Shown here in pieces: positions 12,901 through 25,994 of a DNA stretch of 64,000 nucleotides. The stretch lies in contig OX638158.1 in the NCBI GenBank assembly GCA_951804945.1, positions 40,548,001 to 40,612,000 on the forward strand, written 5' to 3'. A model generated the notes under the pieces. That model did no database searches, had not been told where the DNA came from, and was given only the letters and a program-made list of their open reading frames with translations. Numbering within the stretch: the stretch's first letter is position 1; the number at the start of each line of letters is the position of its first letter. Made by a program: the position numbers and the translations under genes. The stretch comes from Podarcis cretensis (Eukaryota).

Positions 12901-13689
12901 CACAAGATTTTCAGAGTGTGTGCAGGTTTGTGTCATGGGCCTGTGTCCTGAGTCCTTTTAATACCTTGCAATGCCCCTGGTATTAAGCAGTAACAAATTT
13001 TGGGCTCAGTCAGTTTTGTCTTTCCATTGCATGTCTTTCCTGTAGTCCTGAATCCCTGGAGATAAGTCAAATATATTAAGAGTGTTGCTTTTGTGTAAGC
13101 AAGGCACCGAAGAGTAAATGCTTCAGTTCAATACCCCATCAAACCATCATCATCTAGCAATTGAATTTGACTAAAATATGCAAAATAAATTATGAAGTTG
13201 CAATGTGTTGAGTGAGGATAAGATAAGATAAAGAAGCCAACTCAAATTCAAGCCTTTACTTTCTGTCTTCCAGACCAGCATCTTAAAAGTATGTTTACAC
13301 CTAAACAAAGATTCATATTCATGGGATAATTCTCCCTCCAACTTTCCTGTGACAACAACATTTCCCTGCTTTCTGAATACGGAGTCAAACCCTAGAAGAG
13401 ATCTTTGCTGTTTGCTTGCTACCCCCAGTCATATCTTCTATTCTAAAACCCTGCAGAAAATCCAAAACTCTTTCTCTAACTTTCCAATGCCACCTACAGT
13501 GATCATCTGGATAGAGCCATAAATTAGAAACATGCCCTTCAAGCTCCGGGGATCCTAGGACAGAATGAAAGTGTGATGAATGTGCATTTGTAACACATAT
13601 CCTTTGCATAACCTAGGGATGTACTGCAAATAAGGGAACTGATTAGTCAGCATTCTAAGCCCTTTGATTGGCAATGGCAGTATGAAGGC

Positions 13690-13912
13690 CAGGTAACAGA
13701 CTCTACATGGACTTCTAGATGTTGTCCAACTCCAATCAGCCACCAGCTAGCATGGCCAGTGTTTATGGGTGGGAGATATAGTCTAACAACATTCAGAGCA
13801 GGCTTTCCAAAACTTGTGTCTCTATCTGTTTTTGGACTACAATTCCCATCATCCTTGACCACTAGGGATGATGGGAGGTGTAGTCCAAAAACAGATGGAG
13901 GCCCAAGGTTCT
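13690..13912. mobile_element. Two adjacent or nested hAT MITE remnants (136-bp family relatives)
   Basis: Hairpin core 'tctgtttttggactacaattcccatcatcc...ggatgatgggaggtgtagtccaaaaacaga' from 13799, preceded by an older diverged relative. Confidence 0.7.
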
Positions 13913-14587
13913 GTATTACAGGTTCTGTAACTAATCACAAGCAATATCATCATCCATAAAACTTTAGCGAGAAAGGCCCAGCTGTATATCCTTAAACAGA
14001 GGAAAGAAAGAAATTCTCAGTGCTGTTCGAAATTATTATTCAAAACTACGTTATTACCACAAAATTATATTAAAAATCAACAAAGGTAATAAGTGGAAAT
14101 GTTCACTCCACTTCAGTAGTTACACAGCCTCCACCTGGGTGACTGCATAAAATTTATTGGGAAGAAAGTTAAGGGGTTTTGCTCTACTAATGCCACTAAA
14201 ATTCTTTTTAAATTTAAAAGTTGCTTATTACCATAGGAACCCCCAAACATCTGGAGAGACCTCTATTGGCTACCTAAGCAAAGGTATCTGCCAAAATCCT
14301 TACTCTATTCTCAGAGGCAGAAATTAACAAAGCAGACGTGTCCAAGTTAAGTCATTGTATTACTCAATCTTTTTCTGTCCACAATCTTGTTCCAATTTCA
14401 GTCTAATAAAAATGACTCCTTAATGTTTGCAAAGCATATAAAGCTCCCTATAAATGACAAGTAATTAACATTTATAAACAAGCACTGAAAGGGTTGAACA
14501 GCACAAACCTACAGATACTAGGATGATTATATGTCAGGTAAAGCACAAAGTAAGAAACTGCATGTTTTCTAACATGTTTGTGTATAC

Positions 14588-14700
14588 TAGGGTTTCCCAC
14601 ACTTGGGTCTTCCATCATTCCTAGCTGGCAGGACCAATGGTCAGGGATGATGGGAATTGTAGCTCCCAAACAGCGGGAGACCCAAGTTTGGGAAACTCTA
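14588..14700. mobile_element. hAT MITE (internally deleted relative of the 136-bp family)
   Basis: TIRs tagggtttcccacacttgggtct/agacccaagtttgggaaactcta; TSD gtgtatac/gtgttgac. Confidence 0.75.
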
Positions 14701-14713
14701 GTGTTGACCAACA

Positions 14714-15133
14714 ATGGGGAACCAGTGGCCCCCTAGAACTCCCATGGATTCCAACTCCCATCAATCCCAGTCAGTGAAGACAATGGTGAGGCATGGTGGG
14801 AGTTTTAATCCCCCTTGGGGTCCATTCCCACTCTAAGATTCTATGTTTTTATATGCCTGTATAGTGGTACATCGGGTTACAGACGCTTCAGGTTAAAGAC
14901 TCCACTAAACCTGAAGCAGTACCTTGGGTTAAGAACTTTGCTTCAGACTGAGAACAGAAATTGTGCGGCGGCAGCGGGAGGCCCCATTAGCTAAAGTGGT
15001 ACCTCAGATTAAGAACAGTTTTGGGTTAAGAACGGATCTCCAGAACGAATTAAATTCTTAACCCGAGATACCAATGTAATAGTAATACATAGAAACAGTA
15101 TAACATCTGGAGGGTCAAATGTTCCCCATCCCT
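14714..15133. mobile_element. Old hAT MITE split by later insertions
   Basis: Left part tggggaacc...caactcccatca...; right part aacatctggaggg...gttccccatccct at about 15101-15133. Confidence 0.55.
14862..15076. mobile_element. TcMar/Tigger-type MITE, subfamily B
   Basis: TIRs tagtggtacatcgggtta/taacccgagataccaatg with TA flanks; inverted homologue at 62716-62941. Confidence 0.85.
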
Positions 15134-15934
15134 AGTTGGGAAGAGATGTCATTAGAGCGCCAATGTGTGGTTCCAGAGGGAGGCTGAGCTCCTATTTCTA
15201 AATTTCAGGGGAGAGTTCCTACCTTTATTTAACCAAAATGGCAGTCCTCATGCACAACAGAGGTACCTGCACAACTGATGTACTCCCAAGGTTTACAGAA
15301 GTAATTTTTTTAAAAAAATGCTTTTGGGAGGTGGGACCCTAAGGGAGGTGAAACCCCAGCAGTCCATAGAATATTGAGTAGTTGGAGATGGAATGACTGA
15401 CAAGTGGAGAAGGAACAGGAGAGAGTAAGTGGAACTGAAGGATATATTCTTTGCCACAGCAATTTCCTTGTGGTTGGGAATTTCAGTTTAGCTTCCTTAA
15501 GCAGGGTGTATAATTGGAGCACTATTGGTCCATAGGCTCTATAGATGGAAATCACTTTTTATTGCCCAGCCTCCCCCATACCTCTCAATGAATTTTTCTC
15601 ATCTCCAGTTATTTCTTCTCCCCTTCCACATTCACACTTAACTTGTACGCTATTCCTCTCCCCGAATTTCTGTTTCTTTCATCCCTCCACCCTGATCCAT
15701 TATAACATTAACTCTTCCTATAACAGCTATTCTCTTTTATCCCCTTCCATTCTATTCTCAGGTTTTAATGTTGTTATCAAAAATTAATTAATTAATTAAT
15801 GTATCTCTAATTTCCTTCAATATGTCCTCTGGCCTTTAAGCTTCAGGGCTCAAGAGAAAGGCAGACTGGTTTGTGTGGTGTTTGGGTATGAAGTGATGAT
15901 GGGGACAGAAGCTGTAGCAGTACCAGATATAAAA

Positions 15935-16085
15935 AGGTATCCTAGATTCAAATAACCACCACCCAGACATGAAATGTACTGAATGATTTTGGGCCAGTTG
16001 CTATCTCTCAACCTAATCTACCTCGCTGGGCTGTTGTGAGGATCTAATGTCAGAGACGTAAGTGCACCATAGCTCCTTGGAGGAA
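15935..16085 (+). mobile_element. MIR/Squam3-like CORE SINE fragment
   Basis: 'tgattttgggccagttgctatctctcaacctaatctacctc...gggctgttgtgaggat' CORE-like; similar to 62523-62713. Confidence 0.65.
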
Positions 16086-16227
16086 CTCTGAAATGAAAAA
16101 ATGAAACAAAAATAGCCTAATGAATTGGATAAAAAGTTCCAACTGAAACTCATATAAAAGAAGTCCTCTGTGATGTACATCATTTATAGATTGGCCCTTA
16201 GCATAACAGCCTGTCCCAAGGTGTGTG

Positions 16228-16257
16228 TATCATCATCATCATCATCATCATCATCAT
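16228..16257. repeat. (CAT)n microsatellite
   Basis: Seen directly. Confidence 0.9.
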
Positions 16258-17851
16258 TATTTGCAAAAGCCAGCTGTGCTTACCATTAGTTCATTTTCCA
16301 GGTCCCACCCCCAGACTACTGTTAATAGATCTCTAGTGCTCAGTTACTGTACATTGAAATAGATGAGCCTGCTTTTAGAGATAGGGTCTGGGGACAAGCT
16401 CCACTGTGATCTACTTGTAGATCTCTGGGTGAGATACTACAGATTTGCAAGAGTTCCAAACTCCCAATTATTGTAAGAATGGAGGGAGTCTCCCTCCCTC
16501 CTTAAATTTGGTGGCTGAAATTTAGAAAAAGAAATAGGTAAACTTTTTTGTGTGAAACGACAGTGTGTTCAATTCTGTTGCTAAAAACAAATTGCTAGGC
16601 TGAGAATGTGCTCAGGGGCAGACATTTCCTTAATCCCAACTTTGTGTCAATTGCACTTGGCTCTGGTTCGTAGATCTTGGGGTTCTAGTAAAAAAAAAAA
16701 AAGGAAATCTGACAAGCCTGACCTCTGGCTCCCCCTATTTTAAAACATCCAACTCTCTGCTGGATAGCAGCTAACTTATTCTTCTGTGAATTCCTTTTCC
16801 TGCTTTACTTAAATGTACTTTGGTAAACAACTAATATGTTCTTGCATACATACCCTTCCCTAGTCTGCAACTGCAGCACTTTGAAAATTGTTTGTTTAAG
16901 TAGATGTTCTGAAGTAAGCAAGTATTTCTGTTCTCTTCAGTTTGCATTTCCCCTTGGAACAAGCCAAACAAATATCTTAGATGAAAATGCTATAGTTGTA
17001 CAAACAAGACAGACAGACAGACAAGAGAGAGAGAGTGAGAGAGAGAGAGAGAGAGCCATGCATAATGTTAACATTTGCCAGTCTTGTTTTACAAATGAAA
17101 CCAAATTATTTAAATAGGTTTCTTGAAATCTTGAGGAAAAATATCCTTTTCAACAAATGAAAAGTTACAAGTTGGCAGCTACAGCTGCATTGGAGCAGTA
17201 TGTCATCAGACATGGCTCCTCTGAGATAACTCAAACACATGTGTTGCTTGAGGTCACTGTAAAGAAGCTGCTATTTTTAAAAACCATCCAGCAGTGCTAC
17301 TACATGAAGGTCTGCTTCACTAAATACACCCCTTGGCAACAAAGGACTCCAGTAAAATATTTATGAACCTTCCACATTTGGGTTGCAAACCACAAAGACC
17401 CACTCATGAGGTCATCTACAGAGCCTGTGCCAGGGTCTCCGACTGCAATGGTCTTTATACTGCATTATCTAAAAACTCCAGTCTGTTAAGATTCTTAAGA
17501 GCTAATAGCCCAGGTTTTCTGCCATCTACTCCTTAAAAAATATATATCTAAGAACATGTGCTTTAGACTCCAAGTTGAAACTTTTCAACATTCACACAAA
17601 CAACATCCTTTATAAACATGGCTCTTGAATGTGATACATGGGTATGTGGGAATTCATGTGTATGTGCACTTCACAAGGGATCCTTGAATATTTTTGCTAG
17701 TGAGACAGAAATCTTTTACCTGGGTCCACTGTGCTCTGCCCTGAGCATGTGCCTAGCAGGTTTCATCCAGGGGGACAACACAAAGAATAAGCAACATTCA
17801 TTTTGGGGATAGAACTATGAAACTAGAAGAGAGTCCATGCAAAAACTTCTA

Positions 17852-18292
17852 GACCCCATCTGCATTGCACCTTTAAATACTCCCCCCTAAGAATCCTGGG
17901 ATCTGCAGCTTGATAACAGTGCTGGGAGTTGTTAGGTCAGGCATAGGAAAACTTGGCCCTCCAGATGTTTTGGGACTACAACTCCCATCATCCCTATCTA
18001 ACAGGACCAGTGGTCATGGATGATGGGAATTGTAGTCTCAAAACATCTGGAGGGCTGAGTTTGCCTATGCCTGTGTTAGGTGACTCCCACTCCCTCCACA
18101 GGGTTCCCTGGAGTGACTTGGGAAGAGGAATTGATTGTTCAACCACACTGGAAACCATAGCTTTGTAAGGGGAATATGGGTCTCCTAACAACTCTTAGCA
18201 TCCTTAACAAACCACAGTTCCCAGGATTCTTTAGGGGAAGCCATGACTGTTGTGGTATCATGGTGCTTTAAATGTCAGGTGTGGATTGGGCC
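17852..18292. mobile_element. Palindromic MITE interrupted by a hAT MITE
   Basis: Arms such as 'ccctaagaatcctggg'/'cccaggattctttagggg' and 'gttgttagg'/'cctaacaac' are reverse complements; the sequence is continuous once 17938-18081 is removed. Confidence 0.75.
17938..18073. mobile_element. hAT (Charlie-like) MITE, 136-bp family
   Basis: TIRs caggcatagg/cctatgcctg with a near-fully palindromic body; perfect TSD tgttaggt at 17930-17937 and 18074-18081. Confidence 0.9.
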
Positions 18293-19756
18293 ATAGTTCT
18301 GTTGATGTTTGCTATTCCTACTTGGGAGACACTCTTCTAGTGTTAACTTCCTACATGTCTGATATTGTTGAAAAGTGGACATTTTGTGTAGATTCCTAAC
18401 GACCACTATCCCTGAAAAGTTCTCATTACCCTACACAATATTTTATGTTAAATGCATTTCTTGCTGACTATGCATTGTACTGTGAATTCTGGAAAAAATA
18501 TTGTTTCAGGCTTGCTAAATAACACACCCTCTTAATTTCCCTCTCCCCCGATTATTGTGTAACTGAAAATAAATCTGTGGCAGCCATATTGTTTCAATCC
18601 ATTGGAAAGTTATGGCATTAACAGTTTTCTTTGCTCACTTAGTAATTGATTCCAGAGAGACAGAAAGAGGACAAATACGTTACTGAATATTTTCTAGGTT
18701 GCTGTATAGTCCATATGGCTAGCACTGCAGTATATGCAATATCCATTAAAGTCAATAAGCACACATGAACACAAAAATAAAAGGTTACAGAGCCAGGAAC
18801 AAGTTTAGTGTTATATGACTTTTCCTCTTTGATAGAAAACATTATTTTTCAGAGTATGAAGTGATGGGCAAACTGAAGCAAATGTTAGAAGTGCTTTTAT
18901 AAACATCAAACCTCCAGCTGCTGAACTGCATCCCATCTATCTGAAAGCATGTGATAAACCACAGCTGGAGTTTAATCTCACAAAAGTGGTTTTGTCTACA
19001 GTATCTCAGCTTTTCTGCTTCCTGTTCTGGCCAGGACGAGAATGTGTGAAAGAACAAAATATAAAGTGTGTCTTCTTGCTTCAAGATGCATAGATTGGGC
19101 TAGTTTTCAGGCTTGAAAACAGCCTGGTTTATTAGAGCAACTGCCAGTGGATTGCAGGAGCCCCCAAGCAGTAAAAAGAAAAGAAAGAGTAGAGGGGGAG
19201 AAGTCTGATCACACAAATGGGCACTGAACATTTTAAAGAATTACAGCAGAAGCCAACAGGAAAATGAGGCAGAAACGAATTCCTTGGACATTCCCACTAT
19301 TCCTGTTGTGTGCTAAAAGCCAATACACATAATGATTTAATTTCCTACAACAGTTCGGTTTTTCAATCTCAAACTTTTTCCTTGTGTGACAGAAAGTTAT
19401 ATGAATGTCCAAAGATAGAACAAGTTCCTGGCTAAGAAAATGTGGAAGAGCAGTGGTAGGAACTAAGAACGAGTTCACACATGCATCAGTCATTACTCGG
19501 TGACTTTAAGATTATGTGATGACCTGCATAAATAAAGCAACCATTACATATAAAGCTCCACAGACAGATACAATCCTAATTCACTTCCAGCGCCCTCCAA
19601 CTAACATGTAGGTGTGAATCAGTTCAAAGACATTCAAAATCAGGGCTGTAATTGTACATACAGTTACATAGTGGAAAAACCCACTGAACTCAGTGGGGTT
19701 TATAATTCAATAAACATTCTTAAGAGTAGGTTTACGAAACACAATTCATTAATGGT

Positions 19757-19928
19757 GAGGGCTGCCATATGCTTGGATTTTCCCAGACATTACCAGGATT
19801 TCAAAGCTGGAATTGATGCCCGGAGGGAATTTCTGTCCTGGATCTTATCGAAAAATCACATTTCTGTAAAAAAAAAAAAAAAGCAAGCTCATCAACAAGG
19901 TTTTACTTTAAGAAATATGGCAACCTTA
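19757..19928. mobile_element. hAT-type MITE (TAGGGTTGCCA-like termini)
   Basis: TIRs agggctgccatat/atatggcaacct; TSD ttaatggt/ttagtggc (6/8). Confidence 0.65.
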
Positions 19929-20534
19929 TTAGTGGCTCAACCCCCACCCAAGGAAACTAGGTGCCTCTATTTGTATGTCTGGGCAAATGCATGAGTCACA
20001 CACGGGGGTGTAACGAAAAAAAATCACATGTTTCATCTCATACAAATAAAAGAAAGGCAACATGAAAAACTACCTGTTTTATCAAACACAAGCATTTCAC
20101 AAGTTTCAGTAAAGAAGTTTTGCTGAAAATACCAGGAGCACAAATGAAAATCTATGCCTCAAGTCCTGCTCACAGATCCTCTTGAATGCAGTTGCTATAA
20201 ATTGGACTATGTACTTACTTGTCTTATGAGCTGATTTCCAACTTGGAATCATTCTTATTTTTCAGGATACAACTGGCCTCACACAGCAGCTAGCTTGTCA
20301 GCTGTCGTATATTTAATGCATCTTTAAGTGGCCTGCAATGGAGCAGTCCACTTTCTCGACTGATGCTGGATTGATGCCCCACTAGGCATAGCTTTCATTT
20401 ACTCTGTCTTTCTTTGGGAGCTGCTTTGCCTTGCTGCGAAAGTGTTGCATTTCTATGTGTTGTTCCTAATAAAGAGGAAGCTGTTGAAAAATCTTGCTTC
20501 TGCTGAAGGCAGACCTGAAGCTGAACCTTGAGTG

Positions 20535-20805
20535 CAGGAGTAACCAAAGTGGTACCTACAGGCATCAGTATAGTGCCCACAAAAGGTGACAATAAACAAC
20601 CCCTCAAAAATTGACAAGGCATGAAAGGCCACTTGCTCTTACTTCATAGGTCCTGCTTACATAACTCAGCCTCCTCTACACGCTACCATGGCAACCACTG
20701 TGTGTTATGCCACACTCCCATGGCCGCCATTTACTTACTGGCACTCATGACACTTTCTCAAAATTCAAAATATGCCTACTGGCCCAAAATGTTTGGTGAC
20801 CTCTG
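20535..20805. mobile_element. Old hAT-type non-autonomous element
   Basis: TIRs caggagtaaccaaa/tttggtgacctctg (11/14); flanks cttgagtg/ctttagag only weakly similar. Confidence 0.55.
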
Positions 20806-20884
20806 CTTTAGAGGCAGGGAAGCCTAAGTACTCCACCCATGACATCCATAGGGGAAGTGGAACTATTATCAGTCAATGATTCAA

Positions 20885-21055
20885 GAGCGGTTTGTAGCTC
20901 AGTTACAGAGCAGCTGCTTTGAATACAAAACACTCCAGGTTCAAGCCTTTGCATTTCCACTTAAAAGAAGACTGGAAGCCTCTGCCATTCTTAGTAAACA
21001 AAAACTGGACTAGATTGATAGACTCTTCTAGTATATGGCAGATTTCTACATGCTC
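20885..21055 (+). mobile_element. Degenerate tRNA-derived squamate SINE
   Basis: A-box-like 'tagctcagttacagagca' and B-box-like 'ggttcaagcc'; tail resembles the 23587-23768 family. Confidence 0.55.
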
Positions 21056-21304
21056 TCTATGGTTTTATGGATTAGATCCCCCCACCCAGCAAAGAATCTC
21101 AATCAAGATCCTAAAGTAAAGGGGAACTGAATAGTAAAATTTCAGCCTAGTAATACTCAAGTAATTATGCAGTAATACTGTAGCAGTAGCATCTTCTCCT
21201 TTCACCAGTTAACTTGTTAACAAACAGCAGGTTATCTGTAATAATAGTTTCTTCTTCAAACAAGTATAGGTCTTCTTAGAACAAAGTTATAATAAGAAAA
21301 GGGG

Positions 21305-21655
21305 GAAGAAGCTGAATAAGTTTAGTCTACAGAAGAAAGAAGTTAGAGGTGATAGGATATCCTTCTTCAAATATTTGAAGGAATGTCTCAAAGATGATGG
21401 AGTAATTTTGTTGCTGTTCCAGAAGGTAGGACCTGAAGCAATTGGTTCAAATTACAAGGAAAGAAGGGGTTAGTAGACTAACTATTAAGAAGAGTTTCCT
21501 GACAATATGAGCCATTCAACAGCTGAACAGAAAAGCGCTAGAGGCTTTAAGAAGAGGCTGATAGTCACCTATCAAGAATGTTGTAAAAGATTTCCTACAT
21601 AGGCAGGAAGGAAGAACTGATGATATTTGAGATTCCTTCCAATGTTTACAACTTT
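21305..21655 (+). mobile_element. Old CR1 LINE 3' fragment
   Basis: FSLQKKEVRGDRISFFKYLK resembles CR1 [17 protein letters not shown]; colinear with 44670-45050. Confidence 0.8.
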
Positions 21656-21879
21656 CTTTCTCAGATTCTGCCAGGACCATTATAAATTAGGGCAAATAAG
21701 GGCCAAGGAAACTAGAGTTTGCAACTTCTGTGTCTGATAGTTTAGGCACACACTCAAGAATTACAGACAAGATTGTTGCTTCCTCAAATGCCTGACCAGC
21801 CCTACATTTCAAAAAAGTAACTAAACATGCAAATAAGTCCCACCTCAGCTATTTGAATTCTCTGTGGCATCAGTTTGCA

Positions 21880-21919
21880 GGCAGTGTCTATTTCCCACCA
21901 CAAGGTGGCTGCCATTTTG
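21880..21919 (+). promoter_or_regulatory. Candidate CTCF site with upstream motif, overlapping a YY1-like motif
   Basis: Core ccacaaggtggctg (21898-21911), upstream ggcagtgtc (21880-21888), minus-strand caaaatggcagcc; motif match only. Confidence 0.45.
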
Positions 21920-23586
21920 AGGCATTTCCTAAGGGTTTACGCTAGAGCGGTATTTAAATCTCAGATCATTTATGCTGATGTAGTTTCACTGTTTTCAATG
22001 GCACTAAATCAAATAGAGATTAGTGGTCTCAGCTGTTTTTTGATTATAAAGACCAACTGTAGCATAATGCCTTTTTCCTGCTGTAATCTCAAACAAACCT
22101 AAACAACCCAGCTCAAAATGTACATCTTATTACATTCAAAGTGTGACAAAGGAGCTCTTCTTTCTCCAATGTCTTTTATTTAAATCACCCTAAAGGAAGA
22201 AAACAGCTTTTTAAAGCACAATATCGGCAGCACGCCAAATTAGAACTGTTTGGTTTCAGTCAGTAGCAAATCTTCCAAGTTGCATTCAGATTCTGTTTAC
22301 TGACTAGATTCATAGATACATAAGAAGTTTAGCTGAATTAATAGAATTATTTCACAGTAAGCAAAGCTGCGGGCACTGGTGTGCATAACAATATAAAGAA
22401 AAGAAAGCAAAAGGGTGTATCCAACAGTGGATTAAATGAAGGTTTGTATGTGGGAAAACTCTGACTGGCTGGCCTCATGAAAATGGTATGGTGAAATAAA
22501 GGAAGAATGGGGGAGGCTTTGACATTTTGGCTGATTTTGTCCTTATTTTTTTCTGACTGTATTTTGCATTTGCAATAGTTTGTAAATCAGGCAGAGGGCT
22601 TTAGCCAGTGGGCAATGCACAACAACAAATACAACAGAAATAAATAAATAAATAAATAAATAAAATTCCATGGAATAGTGATGGCACCCAGTAGCCACAA
22701 GACTCAGTTTTCCATCTGTGAAATAGGTGTGTGGCCTATCTCACAATGGTAAGTACATATTTAATAAACATTTCCCACACTGAGTTGTGGAATAAATATC
22801 TACAGCTAAATATCTTGGCTATAATCTTGCACCATATATATATATGCGCACACTGCTCTGATATTTTGTAATATGAACAGTTTATAAATATTTTTAAAGG
22901 AAAACAAATAAAAAAGAATGTAGCCATTCCATCCTGTCTCCCGTGTCCATGTAAAAATGCTTAGTTATCATTAGTATTAACGGTGCTTAATCATGCATCA
23001 TGGAGCCTAATTGCAGCTTGTACCAGTTGTATAAGCATGAAAGGGAACATCTCTTTCCTGACACTGGAAAGACAGTTTTTTTCTGTGGCTTATTTTCTCT
23101 CTGCCTTTATATTTCTCCGTGGCAAGATATTTCATTTCACACTTTCTGTTTCATTTCCCCCCACTTCATGTCCATTAGATTTTTCTTCCTGGCTCTTTTT
23201 ATCAAAGCTTCTCCTTAGAGGAACAAAACTCTAATAACTCAAGCTTCAGTTGACATTTCACACACAAGATGTTCAACTGGGTTCAAAATTAGATAAAATG
23301 AATTCACCCATCCCTGCCCAATAGCAATCTTTTTCAATGCTCCATAAGTCATTTCCCTCAGTCCCACTGGAATTGCACTGTGCTCTTTAGCTTAGGTGTA
23401 AAGCACGAGGCAATTCCTAGAATCACAGAATTGTCCTATTGGAAGGGACCCTGAGGGAAACTTATTTATTTCTTCATATTTAAAACAGTTCACCCCAGCA
23501 TTCTTATTGGCTACTTAATCTTTTGTGCTTTGTGCTGTCCGAAGCTTTGTATAGAGCTCAGTAGCTTATGCTCATTTCTTTGAAAA

Positions 23587-23768
23587 ACAGGGAGCTGCCT
23601 TATACCAAATCAGACCATTTGCCCATTTACCTCAGTATCATCTACTCTGAGTGTCAGCAGCAATCCAAGATTTCAGTCAGGGAAGTTTCTCAGCCCTATC
23701 AAGTGATGCCAGGAATTGAACCTGTAACCTTAAGCGAGGAAACAATGTGCTCTACCACCAAGCTATAG
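23587..23768 (-). mobile_element. tRNA-derived squamate SINE
   Basis: Antisense head 'ccaggaattgaacct...tgctctaccaccaagctat' (B and A boxes) and tail 'agctgccttatacc..tcagaccatt'. Confidence 0.7.
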
Positions 23769-23812
23769 TTCTCATACTCATTCCCGCCCCCCCTTGTTTC
23801 AGCAGAGTTGTA

Positions 23813-24065
23813 CAGTTTCGTACCTTGGTTTAAGAACAGTTTAGTTTATGAACAACTTGGATTAAGAACGCTGCAAACCCGGAAGTAGGTGTTTTGGTTT
23901 GTGAACTTTGCCTAGGAAGCAGAATATGTTCCGCTTCCTGTTGAGTGTGTTCTATTTGTAAACTGAGTCCCCCGCTGCTATGGGAAAGCACACCTTGGTT
24001 TAAGAACACTTTGGTTTAAGAACGGACTTCCGAACAGATTAAGTTCGTAAACCAAGGTACCACTC
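23813..24065. mobile_element. TcMar/Tigger-type MITE, subfamily A (inverted relative to 9470-9721)
   Basis: Reverse complement aligns end to end with 9470-9721; TA flanks. Confidence 0.9.
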
Positions 24066-25162
24066 TATTCACTTTGATGAGGGGAAAATATATTCCCCAA
24101 AAGGCAATGCTTCTGGGAAAAGGTAACAATTTGGGTGTGTGCGTTCGTGATGTTGCAGATTTGTTTGCCTTCTCTTAACTGAAGAAAGGTTGCTTTATCA
24201 ATCCTTTCATTCCTAGCTCGCCCTTCATCATAAGATTTCAGTGCATGGGATACTGCAGGTTACAATTCCTAAAACATGAGACTCTGAGGACTTTCTACAT
24301 TATCAATTACCCCCCCCCCACCATTCAACCCTTAATATACCTAAAACTGGCAACTTACTTCCACATATAAGCACTAGTATCCTGCAAATCTTCAGACAAA
24401 CAAATGGTACAAAAATAGTCTCCATAGCAGACACATGGGAGGATATCATAAATGGCGTGCCACCTTAGAGAATACCTTTTCCCAAGTCACCTATTTAGAT
24501 CACACAGGAGTCACCTAAGCTAGTGTGGTGATAGCCACCAACCTAGATGGTGATGATGTTTTACAAAAATTAGACAAAATGGAACTCTCAGTGTGATATA
24601 GGGAGCCTTTTCTTATCTAGCAATAATCTCCACCATACTCTCCCATGAACCAATTAATGCAGCATGGCATTTCTTGAATTCTGTTTTACTGGAGGTGGCT
24701 ATTAGTCATTTTGGCCCATTGGTTATCTGTCCTTGGCACTTGTGAATGTGGCTTTCCCCACAGATCAGCACATTGATCAATGGCATTCCCGACTGCTTCA
24801 GTGATCAAACACAGCAAGTATTGGCCATAAAAATCCATATGTTGAAGCTGAAAAAGCCTATAAAAGTAGACCGAGAGCTGGAAGATAGAATAACTGGGCT
24901 ATGGAGGCTGAACAAACTCTTAAGATATACTCTGTCAACCATGTTATTGAGCATCTGAAGTAAATTGAGCTTATAAAAATGCAGATATGGTCCCAAACAA
25001 AAATTGCAAATGATACTTGATGAAATGAGCCAATGGTTCATTGATTGCAGAAGTGCTTCCAACCAGGAGCCCCTAGTTTTAATGCAACATATAAGACAAC
25101 AGGTTTGATTTGTTGCAGCTGTTAACTAGTGTGATTGATTAAGTTAAATTGGTAAGACTTAT

Positions 25163-25178
25163 TTGCCCCCTAGTGCAG
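25163..25178 (-). promoter_or_regulatory. Candidate CTCF core motif
   Basis: Minus strand ctgcactagggggcaa versus consensus CCASYAGRKGGCRS; motif only. Confidence 0.35.
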
Positions 25179-25994
25179 TAACTTGCTTTAACTGGGACAC
25201 CTGACTGTTATTAAGGGTCTGCACAGCATAAGCAACCCGGATAGGAGTGTTTATATAAACTGACAGGAGGCTTTTCTCTATAATGATGTAGAATGTTCAG
25301 TACAAATCCAAATTCCCCATTATCATTTTTTACATCATCATTATTCAAGCAGGAACCCATGAAACTTTGCAGGGACATTTTTTTCTAATTGGTCAGTTTC
25401 CCTTCCATTGTTGTGGTATGGAATAGAATGGTTACCTATTTTCCCATTCATTATATACTTGGCTCAGTGATGCAGACCTAAAATTCACATATCATGTTGC
25501 GGCAATTAACAAATGTGTCAGATTACATTTTATTCCTGCCAAGAATGCTTTTCAACTCCAAATGGAGTCTTGATGCATTAAAATTATGTTATATATTACT
25601 TAAGATACACTAAAGTTACATGTAAAAAAAAATGATAGTTGACCCCTCACAGGCAAATCATAGTTGGGACACTAATTACCAGCTTCCTCTATGAAACCTT
25701 TTAAAAAATTGTTTAAATTGGGTCATGTTGTTTTGCACCTTGTGGGCTGTTGCAATGCCAAGTGAAAACTCTAAGGCAGGGGAAAGCAGCAGCACATAGC
25801 TTGAGCATCTAGACAATGTTTCCTTTTCAAATTTCATATCATCTGCAGTACAACCAATCAGATGGCAGCCTAGATTGCATTGCTGAAGCCCTTCTCTGTG
25901 TGCCACCATTATCAGAAGTGAGGTGGGTGTCAACAAGAGAAACACAGGAAGCTATCTCAGATCTTTGGCCCATCTAGTTCCATATTAACTACAC

